From Octopus bimaculoides (Eukaryota), in NCBI RefSeq assembly GCF_001194135.2, contig NC_068984.1, forward strand, positions 70,809,563-70,873,562: DNA of 64,000 nt, read 5' to 3'. Under the pieces are notes generated by a model, which saw nothing but the letters and a program-made list of their open reading frames with translations, did not search any database and was not told the DNA's origin. This document shows positions 1 to 12,065 of the stretch, piece by piece (positions within the stretch are counted from its first letter, which is position 1; each line of letters opens with the position of its first letter). Both the position numbers and the translations under genes were made by a program.

Positions 1-164
1 ATATAAACTTTCGCAAAGGAAAAGTTGACAGTGACATAAGTTTGACTTTTCTGACTGTCATCAGAGAAATAAACAAACAAATAAATAAATTTAAATATTA
101 TTGAAATTACAATATAAATACTCATGCTTTAATTTTTGTTTTCCTGTTTGCATCACCAAACCCA

Positions 165-306
165 TATGTGTGTGTGTATATAGATGTGTGTCTGTATACA
201 CACACACACAACACACACACAACACACACACACACACACACATACACAAACACACATGCACATATGTGTGTGTGTGTGTGCGTGTGCGTGTGCGTGTGCA
301 TGTGTA
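165..306. repeat. Compound (TG)/(CA)n microsatellite
   Basis: Direct reading; it explains ORFs 101..325 and 168..533. Confidence 0.95.
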
Positions 307-744
307 TTTATATATTCATAGATAAACATACATATACATATAGATCTCGGTTGATTTTCATTTATTTTTTATCCATTGCTTCTTGGCTGGAATGGAAGTT
401 TTGTGAAACAATTTTACAAGAAAAATATATCTATTTGGCTAAATTTTGTCATAAAATAACAAGTTTGACAGTTAATCTTACAGAGCCAATGTTTCAAATG
501 AGAAATACACCAAATTGTTCACTGAATCATTGAGTTTATGCCCATAGTATGAATTAGCTGTATATTAAACTCTATATTAGACCAGTAACACATTCATGCT
601 ATATAATTCGTTGAACCATTCATAAAACTAATGGCTGAAACCTTTTATTTGAACTTCAATTAGTTTGGCTACAGCAGCTTCCTCTCTGCTTTTCACCACA
701 TATATTGAACTTTTCCAGATAAATCCTATTCCAAATATTATATG

Positions 745-1980
745 TACAAAAGTTGCACAGAAGTAATACAAAAGTGAGCATAAGTTTTAGATTAGCTAAC
801 TTAGGTTGTTCAAATTGCTCATATTAGTAGAGAATATCTCCTTGCTTTTTCCCTGCAGGAAAATAATTGTTTCTAAGCAAATGCAACATGCCATCATTAA
901 GTTCTTGAAGGCATACCCAGCTTCGTCCCCGTACAGGCTACCTCACATGCATTGAAGACTATAGGTGGTTTATGGAGACATTATCATTAACAAGAGTAAT
1001 ATGCACAAATGTATGAAGTTTAAATAAGGAAAACCTAACATCGAAGATAAGCCATGCAGTGGGAGACTGTCAACTACAATAATTGACACAAATTATCCAT
1101 GAATTGACAAATTGATCTGTGCAGACAGCTGAGTCACAGCACATGAGCTTGCTGCACAATTAGACTGAGGTAACAGTGCATTACAGAAGGTAGTGGAAGA
1201 CATTGCAAAACGGAAAGTGTGTGCAATGAAGGTCAGTAATTGACACCACACTTAAGTAGAAAGTGATGAATATTTCCTCTGATCTCATGGAAATGTCTGA
1301 AGCCAGTGAAGACATATTTTGCCTAACTGATAACAGAAAATTATGCACAGATGTATTTATTTTTACGATCTGGAAACAGAAGCTCAGTTCATTAAACCTC
1401 CTTCTCAAAAGCTTTATAAGCTCAAGAGCCAGCAATTAGCACACAACATTATGGTGGCTGCATTTTTGAATATCAAAGGTATGATTCTCCATAGTTTTCT
1501 GGAATGTAGATGTAATGTGAGAAGTGCACACAACAGTGTGACACATTTAATGCTTGCAAAGTTATTAAGATGAAGAGACCCTACAACTTTTCATACACAC
1601 AGACACAAGAATGGTGATTGTCAAATTGGTCTGGTTGGTGAACCTAATCCATTGTACAACCTTGATCTGGGACCTACTGGCTTCCTTTGTTATATCCAAC
1701 GAAGAACAATTTTTAGGGACAATGATTCAGTGATTCAAATGATATAAAAGTGATAGTGAAGTTGTAGGTACAACAGTTCATGCCTAAATTATTTCAAAGA
1801 TGTTTGAGAGCTGGGTTTGAATACAGTGCAAATGCATCGCTTGTGATGAGGTCTATCTATGCTGAGTAATATCTTTGAATAGAAGACTTACTTTTTTTTA
1901 TCATGTGCAATTTCAATGGTCTGCATCATTTAATAAAACAGTCATGCTCAATACATCATTATTTCAGTATAGCCTTTGTA
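745..1980 (+). mobile_element. Decayed mariner (Tc1/mariner) DNA transposon, near full length
   Basis: Degenerate TIRs TACAAAAGTTGCACAGAAGTAATA (745) and rc TACAAAGGCTATACTGAAATAATG (ends 1980). Broken transposase motifs: HAIIKFL, IEDKPCSGR, RKVCA, YDLETEAQ...IMVAAFLNIKGMILHSFLE (ORF 1343..1573). Confidence 0.85.
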
Positions 1981-2372
1981 CTGAAATATGATACTGCATA
2001 AAATCTAAGAAATATATTTTATATGGATACAGAGCTAATTATAGGGAAAATTATTTTGAAAGATAATAGTGCAAATTTCATTGAGCAATCTGAGATATGA
2101 TATTCATTTGCATGTTCAATGTGAGAAGAGAAAAAAAAACATATGGAAACCTTGAATTTAATTACAAATGTTAATTTAAATAAGAATACTACACTCAGAT
2201 TCATTATGCTAACATGTCCCATACCTTTTGTAAGTATCTGGAATATTTTCAATGCATATTAAAAACTATTATCTATGTTACAGCATATAAGCACCAAGCA
2301 AATCTATGCTTTTTGATGAAGTGAGTGATACAAGGAAATACATACATATATGCACATATTTGTATGTGTGTT

Positions 2373-2429
<57 letters not shown>

Positions 2430-3091
2430 GCATAAATATGTACATCTCTCTCTCTCTCACTCACTCTTTCGTTCTATCTATCAATCTATCTGTCTGTCTG
2501 TATGTATGTGGCATGCATATATGTGTGTGTCTGTGTGTGTATGTGTATATACATATATATGCACACACATATGCACACACCCATACACACACATTTATGT
2601 AAATACAGAAAGAGAGACAGACAGACAGACAGACAGAAAAAAAGAGAGAGAAACATAAAAAAGACTTAATTTGCATTTATCCTAACTTACATGTGGGTAC
2701 AGATGTAATGACCCACTATTTAGGGTGTAAAATTGCAGGTATATTTTCAGGTATATGCTCATTTATTCAAGCAAACCAATTAATTTCTTTTTATCTTATA
2801 TGACTTCCGTGATTTCTCTAATAATATGAGAACCATGCTTTACAATTAAGGAAGTTTAGGAGTAATTCACAGTCCTTGTAATTCTAAGCAAGTAAGAAAG
2901 TATCTGGTAATTGTACTCTCTGTGCAATATTGCAGCTAAACTTCACTTTGATTTAAGATGTATGAAAAACAGTAACCAAAAATTTTGTTTTAGTACTTGC
3001 ATAGAAATATTTGCAATGAAATACATTGCTTACTGCTTTTAAATGATTTTGAAAGTCAGCAAGCATCTGGTAAGATTTAATACAATATGAG

Positions 3092-3460
3092 CATCACTAT
3101 CATCATCATCCTCATCATTTAGCATCCACTTTCCATGCTGTCATGGGTTAAACTGTTTGACTGGAATATGTAAGCCAGAGAGCTGTACAAGGTTCCAATC
3201 TGATTTGGTTTGGTTTCTATGGCTGGATACCTTTCCTAATGTAGTAGGTCTCCTGTACTTGTCAATTGGTCTAGATGCCCTTCTTAATGCCAACTATTCC
3301 AAGAATATAGTAGGTGTCCTGTGCTTGTCGACTGGTCTGGACACCTTTCATGCATCACCAGCATGGGTGTTTTTTATGTCTCACTGACACCAGGCACGGT
3401 TATGATTTCCCTTGGCTTGATGAGTTTTCTCAAGCACAACAAATCACCAAAGGTCTCATT
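3092..3460 (-). mobile_element. RTE-type 3' tail / SINE-like dispersed repeat ending in (GAT)n
   Basis: (CAT)n followed by a core (GGTTTCTATGGCTGGATACC) shared with 28018-28155; internal ~66-bp duplication. Family and strand are inferred. Confidence 0.6.
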
Positions 3461-3669
3461 AATAAAAATTTGGTGTTTGTAAAGTAAAAAAAAATTTATA
3501 TGAAACTGAGTTTTAATTTAAATATCAACAATTGAAAACACTACATTTTGTTTCTTAAAAATGGTGGCAATCACAAATCATTTGGTTTTTAAAGTGTTTG
3601 TTTTTTAAATCTGAAAGGAAATCCTTAATAGTGATAAGATAACCACCAAATAAAATCAAGATATACAAG

Positions 3670-3870
3670 GGGGCCTCTACACAGCTGTTTCACACCCAAA
3701 TTCACACTTTACCATCTTACAAAGAAAAAAAAAGATAATAAATAAATAAAAATAAAAAAAGGACACATTGAACATTACCCTAGGTATATAAAAAGTAAGT
3801 CATGTCTAGAATGAGTTTGGTAAATAGGCCTGCTCAATTAGGACTGACTTCAGATCAAACAACAACAACA
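3670..3870 (+). repeat. Old degenerate dispersed repeat (family E)
   Basis: Patchy similarity among 3670-3870, 16650-16830 (rc), 29590-29770, 48490-48700 and 52900-53100 (e.g. CTGCTAGAAATA...CACACC...ATCTT); several copies end in (AAC)n. Confidence 0.4.
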
Positions 3871-4052
3871 GATCAAAAGCACTGAAGTCTTGTACAAATC
3901 AAAATTTTATATTTTATCAAAGATATTGGAATTGTAAGTTGTTTCTTGACATTGAATCAGCCATCTCTATTACATGACTGTACTCAATTAGAAATTGCTG
4001 GTCAGTTTTTCTCAGCAATAATAATGATACAATCAGTTAAGAAAGGCAGTTC

Positions 4053-4114
4053 AGTGGACAATGTTTGTAGGTTTTGTCTGGCGAAATAAATAAAATATTC
4101 AAACAATGTCCACT
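4053..4114 (+). ncRNA. Candidate pre-miRNA-like hairpin
   Basis: 25-position stem (22 pairs including 2 G-U, 3 mismatches) with a 12-nt loop, paired by hand. No known miRNA recognised. Confidence 0.3.
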
Positions 4115-5182
4115 AAATAAATCTGATAAAATCTGAGAGACAAAAATAGATAAATAAATAAAAATACAGCCTGTGACCTGTGAATGGTGTGAAAAGGAAT
4201 TTTACAGTCTCCACTTGTGACACCTAGCTTAGCAATAAGTAAAGATAGGAAAGTAAAAAAAAAAGCAGAAATATAGAAAAGTAATGTTGAAGTAAAAGAC
4301 ATTGTGGTAACAACTGACTGTTATCTCATCTCATTCAATCCATTATTATAATAACACAGGAACCAGAAATCTGCAAAGATGATGTTTATGATGACAACTC
4401 AGCTGAAGTGTTGAAGACGATGGAATAGCTACCAATATCAAGTTGCGCCATCTATGGAATGATTTATTGACTGACAAATGCTACAATATTTTAGTTTCGT
4501 TTAGTAAGCTGAGCAGAAATGTATTCTAACTTGAAATTGTCTCTTTTATGAAATAAAAGTAGTAACAAAACTAATAACTTTTACTATTGGGACTAGCATT
4601 GAAACCAAGAAAGATGGAAAATTGAAAGTTCTGTTTGAATTGTATTTGTTTTCAAGTTTCGATTGTAGATAAACTTGTTTATTTCTATGAAAAGAGAATA
4701 TTATTCTCAGTCATATAAAAGCTCTATCTAGGGACTGTGGTAAGTATTAGTAAGATAGTTGTTCATTGAAAAGAGCTGATAAGTCTGGAACATGTGCAAA
4801 GTTGTCATTGTAGTTTCCAAAATCAAACACACTTCTTTATTGCAAGCTCTTAATCAATTGTTAATTCATTTTAAACTCTGAGTTGTACCGCCTGTCCTTT
4901 TTCACTAGAATTAATCATTAAGATAATTACTTTTCTCTTCAATACAGACGAAATTTTTAATCAATTAAAATTTGTTGGCACACTACATTAAGTATATTAG
5001 CATGCACTTAACTAACTCTGTATTAAGGTTTGCCTTATCTGTTGTTATTTTTTTTTCTATGTTCAGATTAATCTCTTTTTCCCTTGAATTAGTTTATTAA
5101 ATTAAAAGTAAGTGCAAAGATTCACATGAGTTAGACCCTCTTGCATTGGGAGAAGTGAAAATATAAGGATATCTAAAAGAGC

Positions 5183-5335
5183 ATCATCATCATCATGATA
5201 AAGACGATGATGGAAATAATGATGATGATGATGATGATGATGATTATGACGATGATGATGATGATGATGATGATGATATTCTGTTCATATGTTGTATTAT
5301 GGAATTTCATCATCATCATCGTCGTCATTGTCATT
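5183..5335. repeat. (CAT)n/(GAT)n microsatellite cluster
   Basis: Direct reading; it explains the poly-M and poly-I ORFs at 5173-5530. Confidence 0.9.
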
Positions 5336-5491
5336 GTTGTCCCCATCAACATTGTAATAGCCATTTTCACAATTGGTATTTGTTCTTCCTATGATGTAAT
5401 TATTATTTGCATTTTCATTGCAAGGAGGAAGTGTAATAATCACACTTGGGCATCTGTCCACAGAAATTCAATCTCGATCTTCTTGCTGCAG

Positions 5492-5526
5492 GTTAGTGGG
5501 ATGTTTTGGGTTGAGAAAGATAACTG
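5492..5526 (+). CDS. Candidate short coding exon E1 (VSGMFWVEKDNW), phase 0 to 2
   Basis: TCTTCTTGCTGCAG acceptor and CTG|GTAAGA donor; frame-compatible with 17478-17520. Confidence 0.35.
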
Positions 5527-5617
5527 GTAAGACAAAAGTTTCAAAGGGATACATTTCATTGTAAGAATTTTGCATTGAATCCTTCTCTTTTTGTTGTTGC
5601 CCCAATATATATATATA

Positions 5618-6533
5618 TGATCTCGACCGAAGAGAGAAAACTCCGAATGACCTGTCCGTGTTTTCTTTGTATCATCTATCTGTATGTTATGTGCCTTTCT
5701 TGTATCACCTAACTGTTTGGATGTTTTGCTTTCTTGTCCCATTCTGTATTATTTATATATATATATAGTGGCGTATGTACACTTGTCTCTTATATGTAAG
5801 TATACATTTTTCTAAATCTTGTATGACTCTATTTCTGTCTATCAGCCCCTTCACCCTTATTCATTCATTCCACTGTTCATTCTTTCGTTCCCCCTCACTC
5901 ACATTTCCTTGCCTTATATTCTTGCTCACTTTCCCTCCACTTTTCACTTAACTGTGTTCCTGTCATTTTTTCTCGCCCCCTCCTTAATTCTTTTGTCCCG
6001 CTGCCTCTACCTCTCTCTCTTCTCTTTCCTTGTGACGTGACCGGTGTTCGGCCAAGCCTGACCTTCTTTTCTTGTCCAGCAGTTGAGCGTGCAACATCGT
6101 TATTCCTCCCTGTGTCTGTGAAATCTTGTATCCCGACTGTAAGCCCTTATTTCCATATACACCAGCTTAATTTAATTCGTCCTTTGTCGAATGACATCTG
6201 TTGTTTTGTCCTGTTATTATTCTTACTGTATTTGTACTACTGTATTTGTGTAACATTGTTCGTTTTTCTTCTGTCCTTGTTTTTGTATACATTCACTGCT
6301 TTCTCCCAAGGAATCTAATGCTCTTAGCTTAGTTTTTCCTTGGGGCTGGCCAGATTGGAACAATATCAAGTATAACCAGCCGAAATTGCAAGGATAATGT
6401 GGATCTCGACTGAAGAGAAAAAACTCCGAATGACATGTCCGTGTTTTCTTTGTATCGTTTATCTGTATGTTTTGTGCCTTTCTTGTATCACCTAACTGAC
6501 TGGATGTTTTGCATTCTTGTCCCATTCTGTATT
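5618..6533 (+). mobile_element. Penelope-like end fragment: ~785-bp unit bounded by ~135-bp direct repeats
   Basis: GATCTCGAC(C/T)GAAGAG...CCCATTCTGTATT at 5619-5750 and 6402-6533; the first copy is flanked by (TA)n. PLE identity is inferred from architecture and a hammerhead-like CTGAAGA motif. Confidence 0.55.
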
Positions 6534-6543
6534 NNNNNNNNNN
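6534..6543. other. Assembly gap
   Basis: N run. Confidence 1.
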
Positions 6544-6584
6544 TGTGTGTGTGTGTGTATGTGTGTGTGTGTGTGTATAGAGTG

Positions 6585-6624
<40 letters not shown>

Positions 6625-7114
6625 GCATGCACTAATAACTACAGTGTATCTTTGACAGTGAATATAATTATGTACATACTTGTTCAAACATGTGTACACA
6701 TGGCAGTCAATGCATGTATGTATGTATTTGTCTGTGAAAACTTAAACCTTTATAATTTTATTTGAATTTTTCATTAGCAAATGTCCTTGTGGTCAGTAGT
6801 CATCTCCACTAACTATGATGACAAAAATGATGACTATAACAACAATGACTAGAATGACAAAGTATTTTATTCTTAGAAAAAGTTGTAGTTGGTTTACCTA
6901 CAACTTGTGATAAGCTTAGTTTTTATAAGTATTATACATTAGAGGAAATTTATTATGGAGAGAGTAGGAAATGAGACATGGTGGGTATAGTTCACTGCAG
7001 ATTCTGGTAAATATAATTCTAATTTTGATTGATGTATAATGGGGTAAGGTAGTGTCCCTAATTGTTTTCAAAGTCAGTGCGACTAGTGAGAGGTAAGGAG
7101 GAAAGAAAGTGCCC

Positions 7115-7341
7115 TTAACTCTTTAGCATTCAGATTACTCTGTCAAATGTAATGCTTATTTATTCATATTGTTTTGAATTAATCATGCATTATCTTGTAG
7201 CTTTGAGATTTTATGATGAGATTACTTATTTGTAGAAGAACATTGTAGGGCAGGTGTGATCAGTTGTATCTGGCTAGTTAGAATGTAAAATAGGTAGAAT
7301 ATTCAGGCCAGATATGACTAATTTGAATGCTAAAGGGTTAA
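7115..7341. mobile_element. TTAA-flanked MITE (piggyBac-like ends)
   Basis: TTAA at both ends; 13-bp TIR CTCTTTAGCATTC / GAATGCTAAAGGG (1 mismatch); second copy at 35888-36178. Confidence 0.85.
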
Positions 7342-7494
7342 ACCAAAAAAGATCTAATCCAAATTCTGGCAAAAGAATGGGTTCTGCTAAAGGTAACTAT
7401 ATGTCAGGAAATGGTGTTAAAAGTAAACTATGACAGTATTTGACTTCAGAACTTGTCAAACCAGAATAACATAATGCTCATATCATTCCAGAAA

Positions 7495-7610
7495 TCCAAC
7501 ACCAAAAACTGGTGTGCTATTTAGAAAGCTAAGAAGGATGAAAGGCAAAGTTGACTTTGGTGGGATTTGAACTTTGAAATCAAGAAGCTTGAATGAATTC
7601 TAAAAGGCAT
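7495..7610 (-). mobile_element. SINE family A fragment
   Basis: GGATGAAAGGCAAAGTTGACTTTGGTGGGATTTGAAC is the reverse complement of the family A body (cf. 34064-34277). Confidence 0.65.
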
Positions 7611-8372
7611 ATCTTCCATGCAGTAATGTCACTATCACCTATATACTTTAAAGTTGATATTTTCAGATTTTTTATTATTTTGGTTGAATGCAATTCTTCT
7701 GGCTCAGAGTTCAAATTCCACTGAAGTTAACTTTTCTTTCCTCACTGGGTTGATAACTAATAACATAAGCACCAGTTGAGCATGGGAGGTGGGGATGTCA
7801 ACTAATCCCCTCTTCATAACTTTGCTTGCCTTGTACCAAAATTTGAGACCCTTATTTTGGTGGCATGATATGTCATGGAATGTTCCTAAGCCATTCAACA
7901 AAGGCCTTTTTGTCATTATTTTTTTATGACTTGAATAAATGATATCAAGTTATTAAATGTCTATTACATGTATGGAAATATTATCATTTTGTATGCAGGT
8001 GGAGAATGGTAACATTGTTGGAGATTAGTTATATTTCAAGAAATGAAATGTCATCTATTGTTGTTCATGAGAAATCCAGTTTGATAATGTAGTTAAAAAA
8101 AAAAAAAAAAAAAATCAAATAAACAGCAAGATATGCACATGTTTGATAAAATCTATTGTTTGCATATCATAAAATGTTAGCATTTAATTATTTGATTTCT
8201 TTGAAATATTAAATTCATTTGGACCATTTTAATATCATCTCACTTTAAACTTCCCTTACTACTTTGATACAAAACCTCAAATTTGAACTGTTCATATCTA
8301 TATTAAAACTTTTCATCATTATTTTATGTGAGAACCTTTTTATCAGTTGACTAAGTTTCTTAAAATTTTGGA

Positions 8373-8660
8373 NNNNNNNNNNNNNNNNNNNNNNNNNNNN
8401 NNNNNNNNNNNNNNNNNNNNNNNNNNNNNNNNNNNNNNNNNNNNNNNNNNNNNNNNNNNNNNNNNNNNNNNNNNNNNNNNNNNNNNNNNNNNNNNNNNNN
8501 NNNNNNNNNNNNNNNNNNNNNNNNNNNNNNNNNNNNNNNNNNNNNNNNNNNNNNNNNNNNNNNNNNNNNNNNNNNNNNNNNNNNNNNNNNNNNNNNNNNN
8601 NNNNNNNNNNNNNNNNNNNNNNNNNNNNNNNNNNNNNNNNNNNNNNNNNNNNNNNNNNNN
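8373..8660. other. Assembly gap
   Basis: N run followed by (TA)n. Confidence 1.
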
Positions 8661-10657
8661 TATATATATATATATATATTTCCCTATAAAATTAAGTACA
8701 AATTGATTAGCTTCAGGGTACTGCAATTTGTTTTAAATGAAGATATCTACTAGCATTTGAATTTGTGACTAATCAAAGAAATGAATATTATTCCTACAAG
8801 TTATATAACTAATCAATGAATTGCATAGCCTCTACAAATTCTAGCTTATTAAATATTGTCAGTATTCTAAAATCATGAAGAGTTAATTCCCTCAATCAAA
8901 TAAATCTTCAAAATCACCTAAGCATTATCAATAGCAAACCCAAAATGCGACTGGAGAATTTACTGAGGCGATGAAGGGCTTTCAAAAGCCAAAGACCAAT
9001 GAGTTGAATGTGATCTTGTTGGATGTTTAATACTAATTTTCATGAAAAATCGAAGACAAATAAGTTGCGAGAGAATAGCTGTATATTAAGAACACCTACT
9101 GGTAGTGAGTCTAAGAGATTTATTATAAGATAGACATATTTAGAGAGAGAGAGAGAGTTTTCTTGATGTGCATAGTGAATAACTCTAATGAAGTTATTCA
9201 AACTTTATTAAACTCTTTATTTTTTCAGCTAATGTGTCAAGAGCAAATCACCCCAGCAGAAATCTTCTTTCTCCAATCAAAATCCATGAGACATTTTTAA
9301 TCTATATCAGTTAGTTAATGATGTTCTTAATGTTTTAGTAGTGTTCCAACTGCCAGCAGCAAAATAATTATATAGCCAAATTGTTCCTATGTATATGTAG
9401 TGTATCTTGGGTGTACAAACAGATGCATGACTGGAAATGCTGAGTTTAGAGCTCCATGTAATTTATCATTGTCCAGTCTGCTTTTAGTTTAGTGGTTAAA
9501 TAACTACTGTACTAGTTAAGATATAGAGAGCAAATGCTGGAGAAGTTATAATAAATGCAAGTTTATATTATTAGTCCTTCCATATATTTCACTGTAGTAG
9601 CTGTTTGGAACTCTGCATTGAATGTTCCAAGTTAATTGAATGCTTAATGAGAAAGGATCATCATTAGTTCACTGTAATATAATGCAACAGGGTATTCACT
9701 GATGATTTGTTGTGGTTAAGCATCCAACTGCACATGGAATATCCAGTGCAAAGTCTCAAGCAACCACAGTGGTGAGACATATATAGAGACAAACAATATA
9801 AACTTGTGTTTATTATAATTCATTATAAGATGCAACTAAATAGAACGTAGTTATTGGGAGTTGACTGTCACAGCTATGAATGCATTTCAGTGTCAATGAC
9901 AGGAAAAACAATGGACCAGATTCAAATTTAGCAATTTGGGTCTGGTAGCCTGTTACACTATTGAGCTAATCAAACTACCATCCATTATCATTTTATTTTA
10001 GTACTCATGCATTATGGTACCCCTTTGAATATTTTCAAGTTAGATAATGAATAAATTAATTCCATCAATCAATTATGTTTATTAATATTTAATTATCAAG
10101 TGATGATGACAGTGATGATGATTATTGAAATTTTTCAGATTTGATTTTTTAAGTAAATTATCTGAAAGTAAAAAAAAACCCAAAAAACATTAAGGGGCAT
10201 ATGATAAATATCAAGCACATTAAATTTAATTGCAATTTTAATCTAAGGTCTTCAAAGGAAATTTCCTTCTTAATATTTTCTACTGCTTCCTACACTATTG
10301 CAATGATGTAATTTCTCCTTTTAAAGCAAAGCTTTTGACCATGACTGGAATATAAATTTCCTGGTAATTGCCTGTTTATATGTTTGATCTGTCTCTCATC
10401 GCTTGGATTGCTGTTGCCAGTTAGATTGCCCAGTTTCAGCGTCTGCAGCTAGAGCTCTATGACCCACATGCTATTGACTTTGGCAGGGTCCAGAATTTGG
10501 TTTTTGTACCCACACTGTCATTCTCATACAACAATGACTCATTTGTTATTATCTCCAACAATTCCCTTTCCTATGGAGATAATACCACCCTCCACTCCTC
10601 CCCAACTTCTGCACCTGAAACATCTTATGTCAAATATGCATTGATTTCATGAACATA

Positions 10658-11122
10658 GATGCTGGCATAGCTGTGTGGTAAGGAGATTGCTTCTCAACCA
10701 CATGGTTCTGGGTTCAGTCCTACTGCCTGGCACCTTTGGCAAGTATCTTCTACTATAGCCTTGGGCTGATCAAAGCCATGAGTGGATTTGGTAGACCAAA
10801 ACTGCAAGAATCCCATTGTATGTATGTATATATGAATATATGTATGTATGTATGTGTGTGTGCATGCATGCATGTGAGTATGCATGTGTGTGTGTGTGTG
10901 TCTTTGTGTCTGTGTTTGTTTCCTCATCGTTGTTTGATAACCAGTGTTGGTGTATTTAGGTCCCCATATCTTAGCAGTTCAGCAAAAAAGGCCAATAGAA
11001 TAAGTACTAAGCTTAAGAAATAAGTTATGGTGTTGATTTGCTTGACCAAAACCCTTCAGAGTGGTACTCCAGCATAGCCACAGTCAAATGACTGAAACAA
11101 GTAAACGAATAAAAGAATAAAT
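10658..11122 (+). mobile_element. tRNA-headed SINE family B, full length, with internal (TG)n
   Basis: Head GCTGTGTGGTAAG...GGTTCAGTCC; tail AATGACTGAAACAAGTAAA; co-linear with 49120-49500, 55430-55870 and rc 30700-31098. Confidence 0.9.
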
Positions 11123-12027
11123 AAACAGACCTCTAAATTTTCTTTAATGGTGGTATACCAAACTTATTCCCTTTGAAGCAAGAGATAAAAGGTTACCATC
11201 ACTACATATATCAAAAAGACATAATTTCACTCCTTCTCTAAACATATATATCATTTTTGCTAAGTTTCCATGAATTGATCACCTTTTATGGTGTCCTGCC
11301 TCATTCCTTATCATCTGCCACATGTAGTGATAGAAAGAATCACCAATTTCTATTGATACTTATGCCATGTTTTTTAACATGATGTTTATAGCTTGCTGCA
11401 CTTCCTGTCATCAGCTATTTTACAGCATGAATTGAGTGTCATTGCACCAAATGCTTTGCTATGATAAAACTAAGGAGTTCATTCTATCCTGTATTTGCTA
11501 TTATCCAGAGTTACTACCCTCTTAGATATGTAGCTGTCATTGCAGCTTAAGGATTTTACATCTCATGTTTCCTCCTCTTTTTCAAACCTTTCACATTGAC
11601 AAAATTATATGGATTTTATGTTGTCAAACTAACATTCATATAAAAGTATTTTTGAACATATGATAGCTAAAACCAACTAAAAACACATCTGCAAATTATA
11701 TAATTTAGTATATGTACAAACATCTATTTAGCTTTGCTCTGAAATAAATTGGAGTTTTTATATTAAGGAAGAAATCATGTTTTGCACCTTAGGATGCTGC
11801 TAAAACCTATTTTGGTTTTACTCAGGTTTGGTACAATGAGTAAAATGTATATATTCTCTTATGTAGCTGCTGATATTTGCAATTATCTAGTCATGTAGAT
11901 TCGAAAATGATTATCAGACAAAATCCTGTAACATATCTTGATCTTGTGTCAGATAATGAAAGGTGTGACAGACAGACAAAAACAGATGTCGTATTGTAGA
12001 GGAGATACATGATTACCTAGTCAGAGG

Positions 12028-12065
<38 letters not shown>

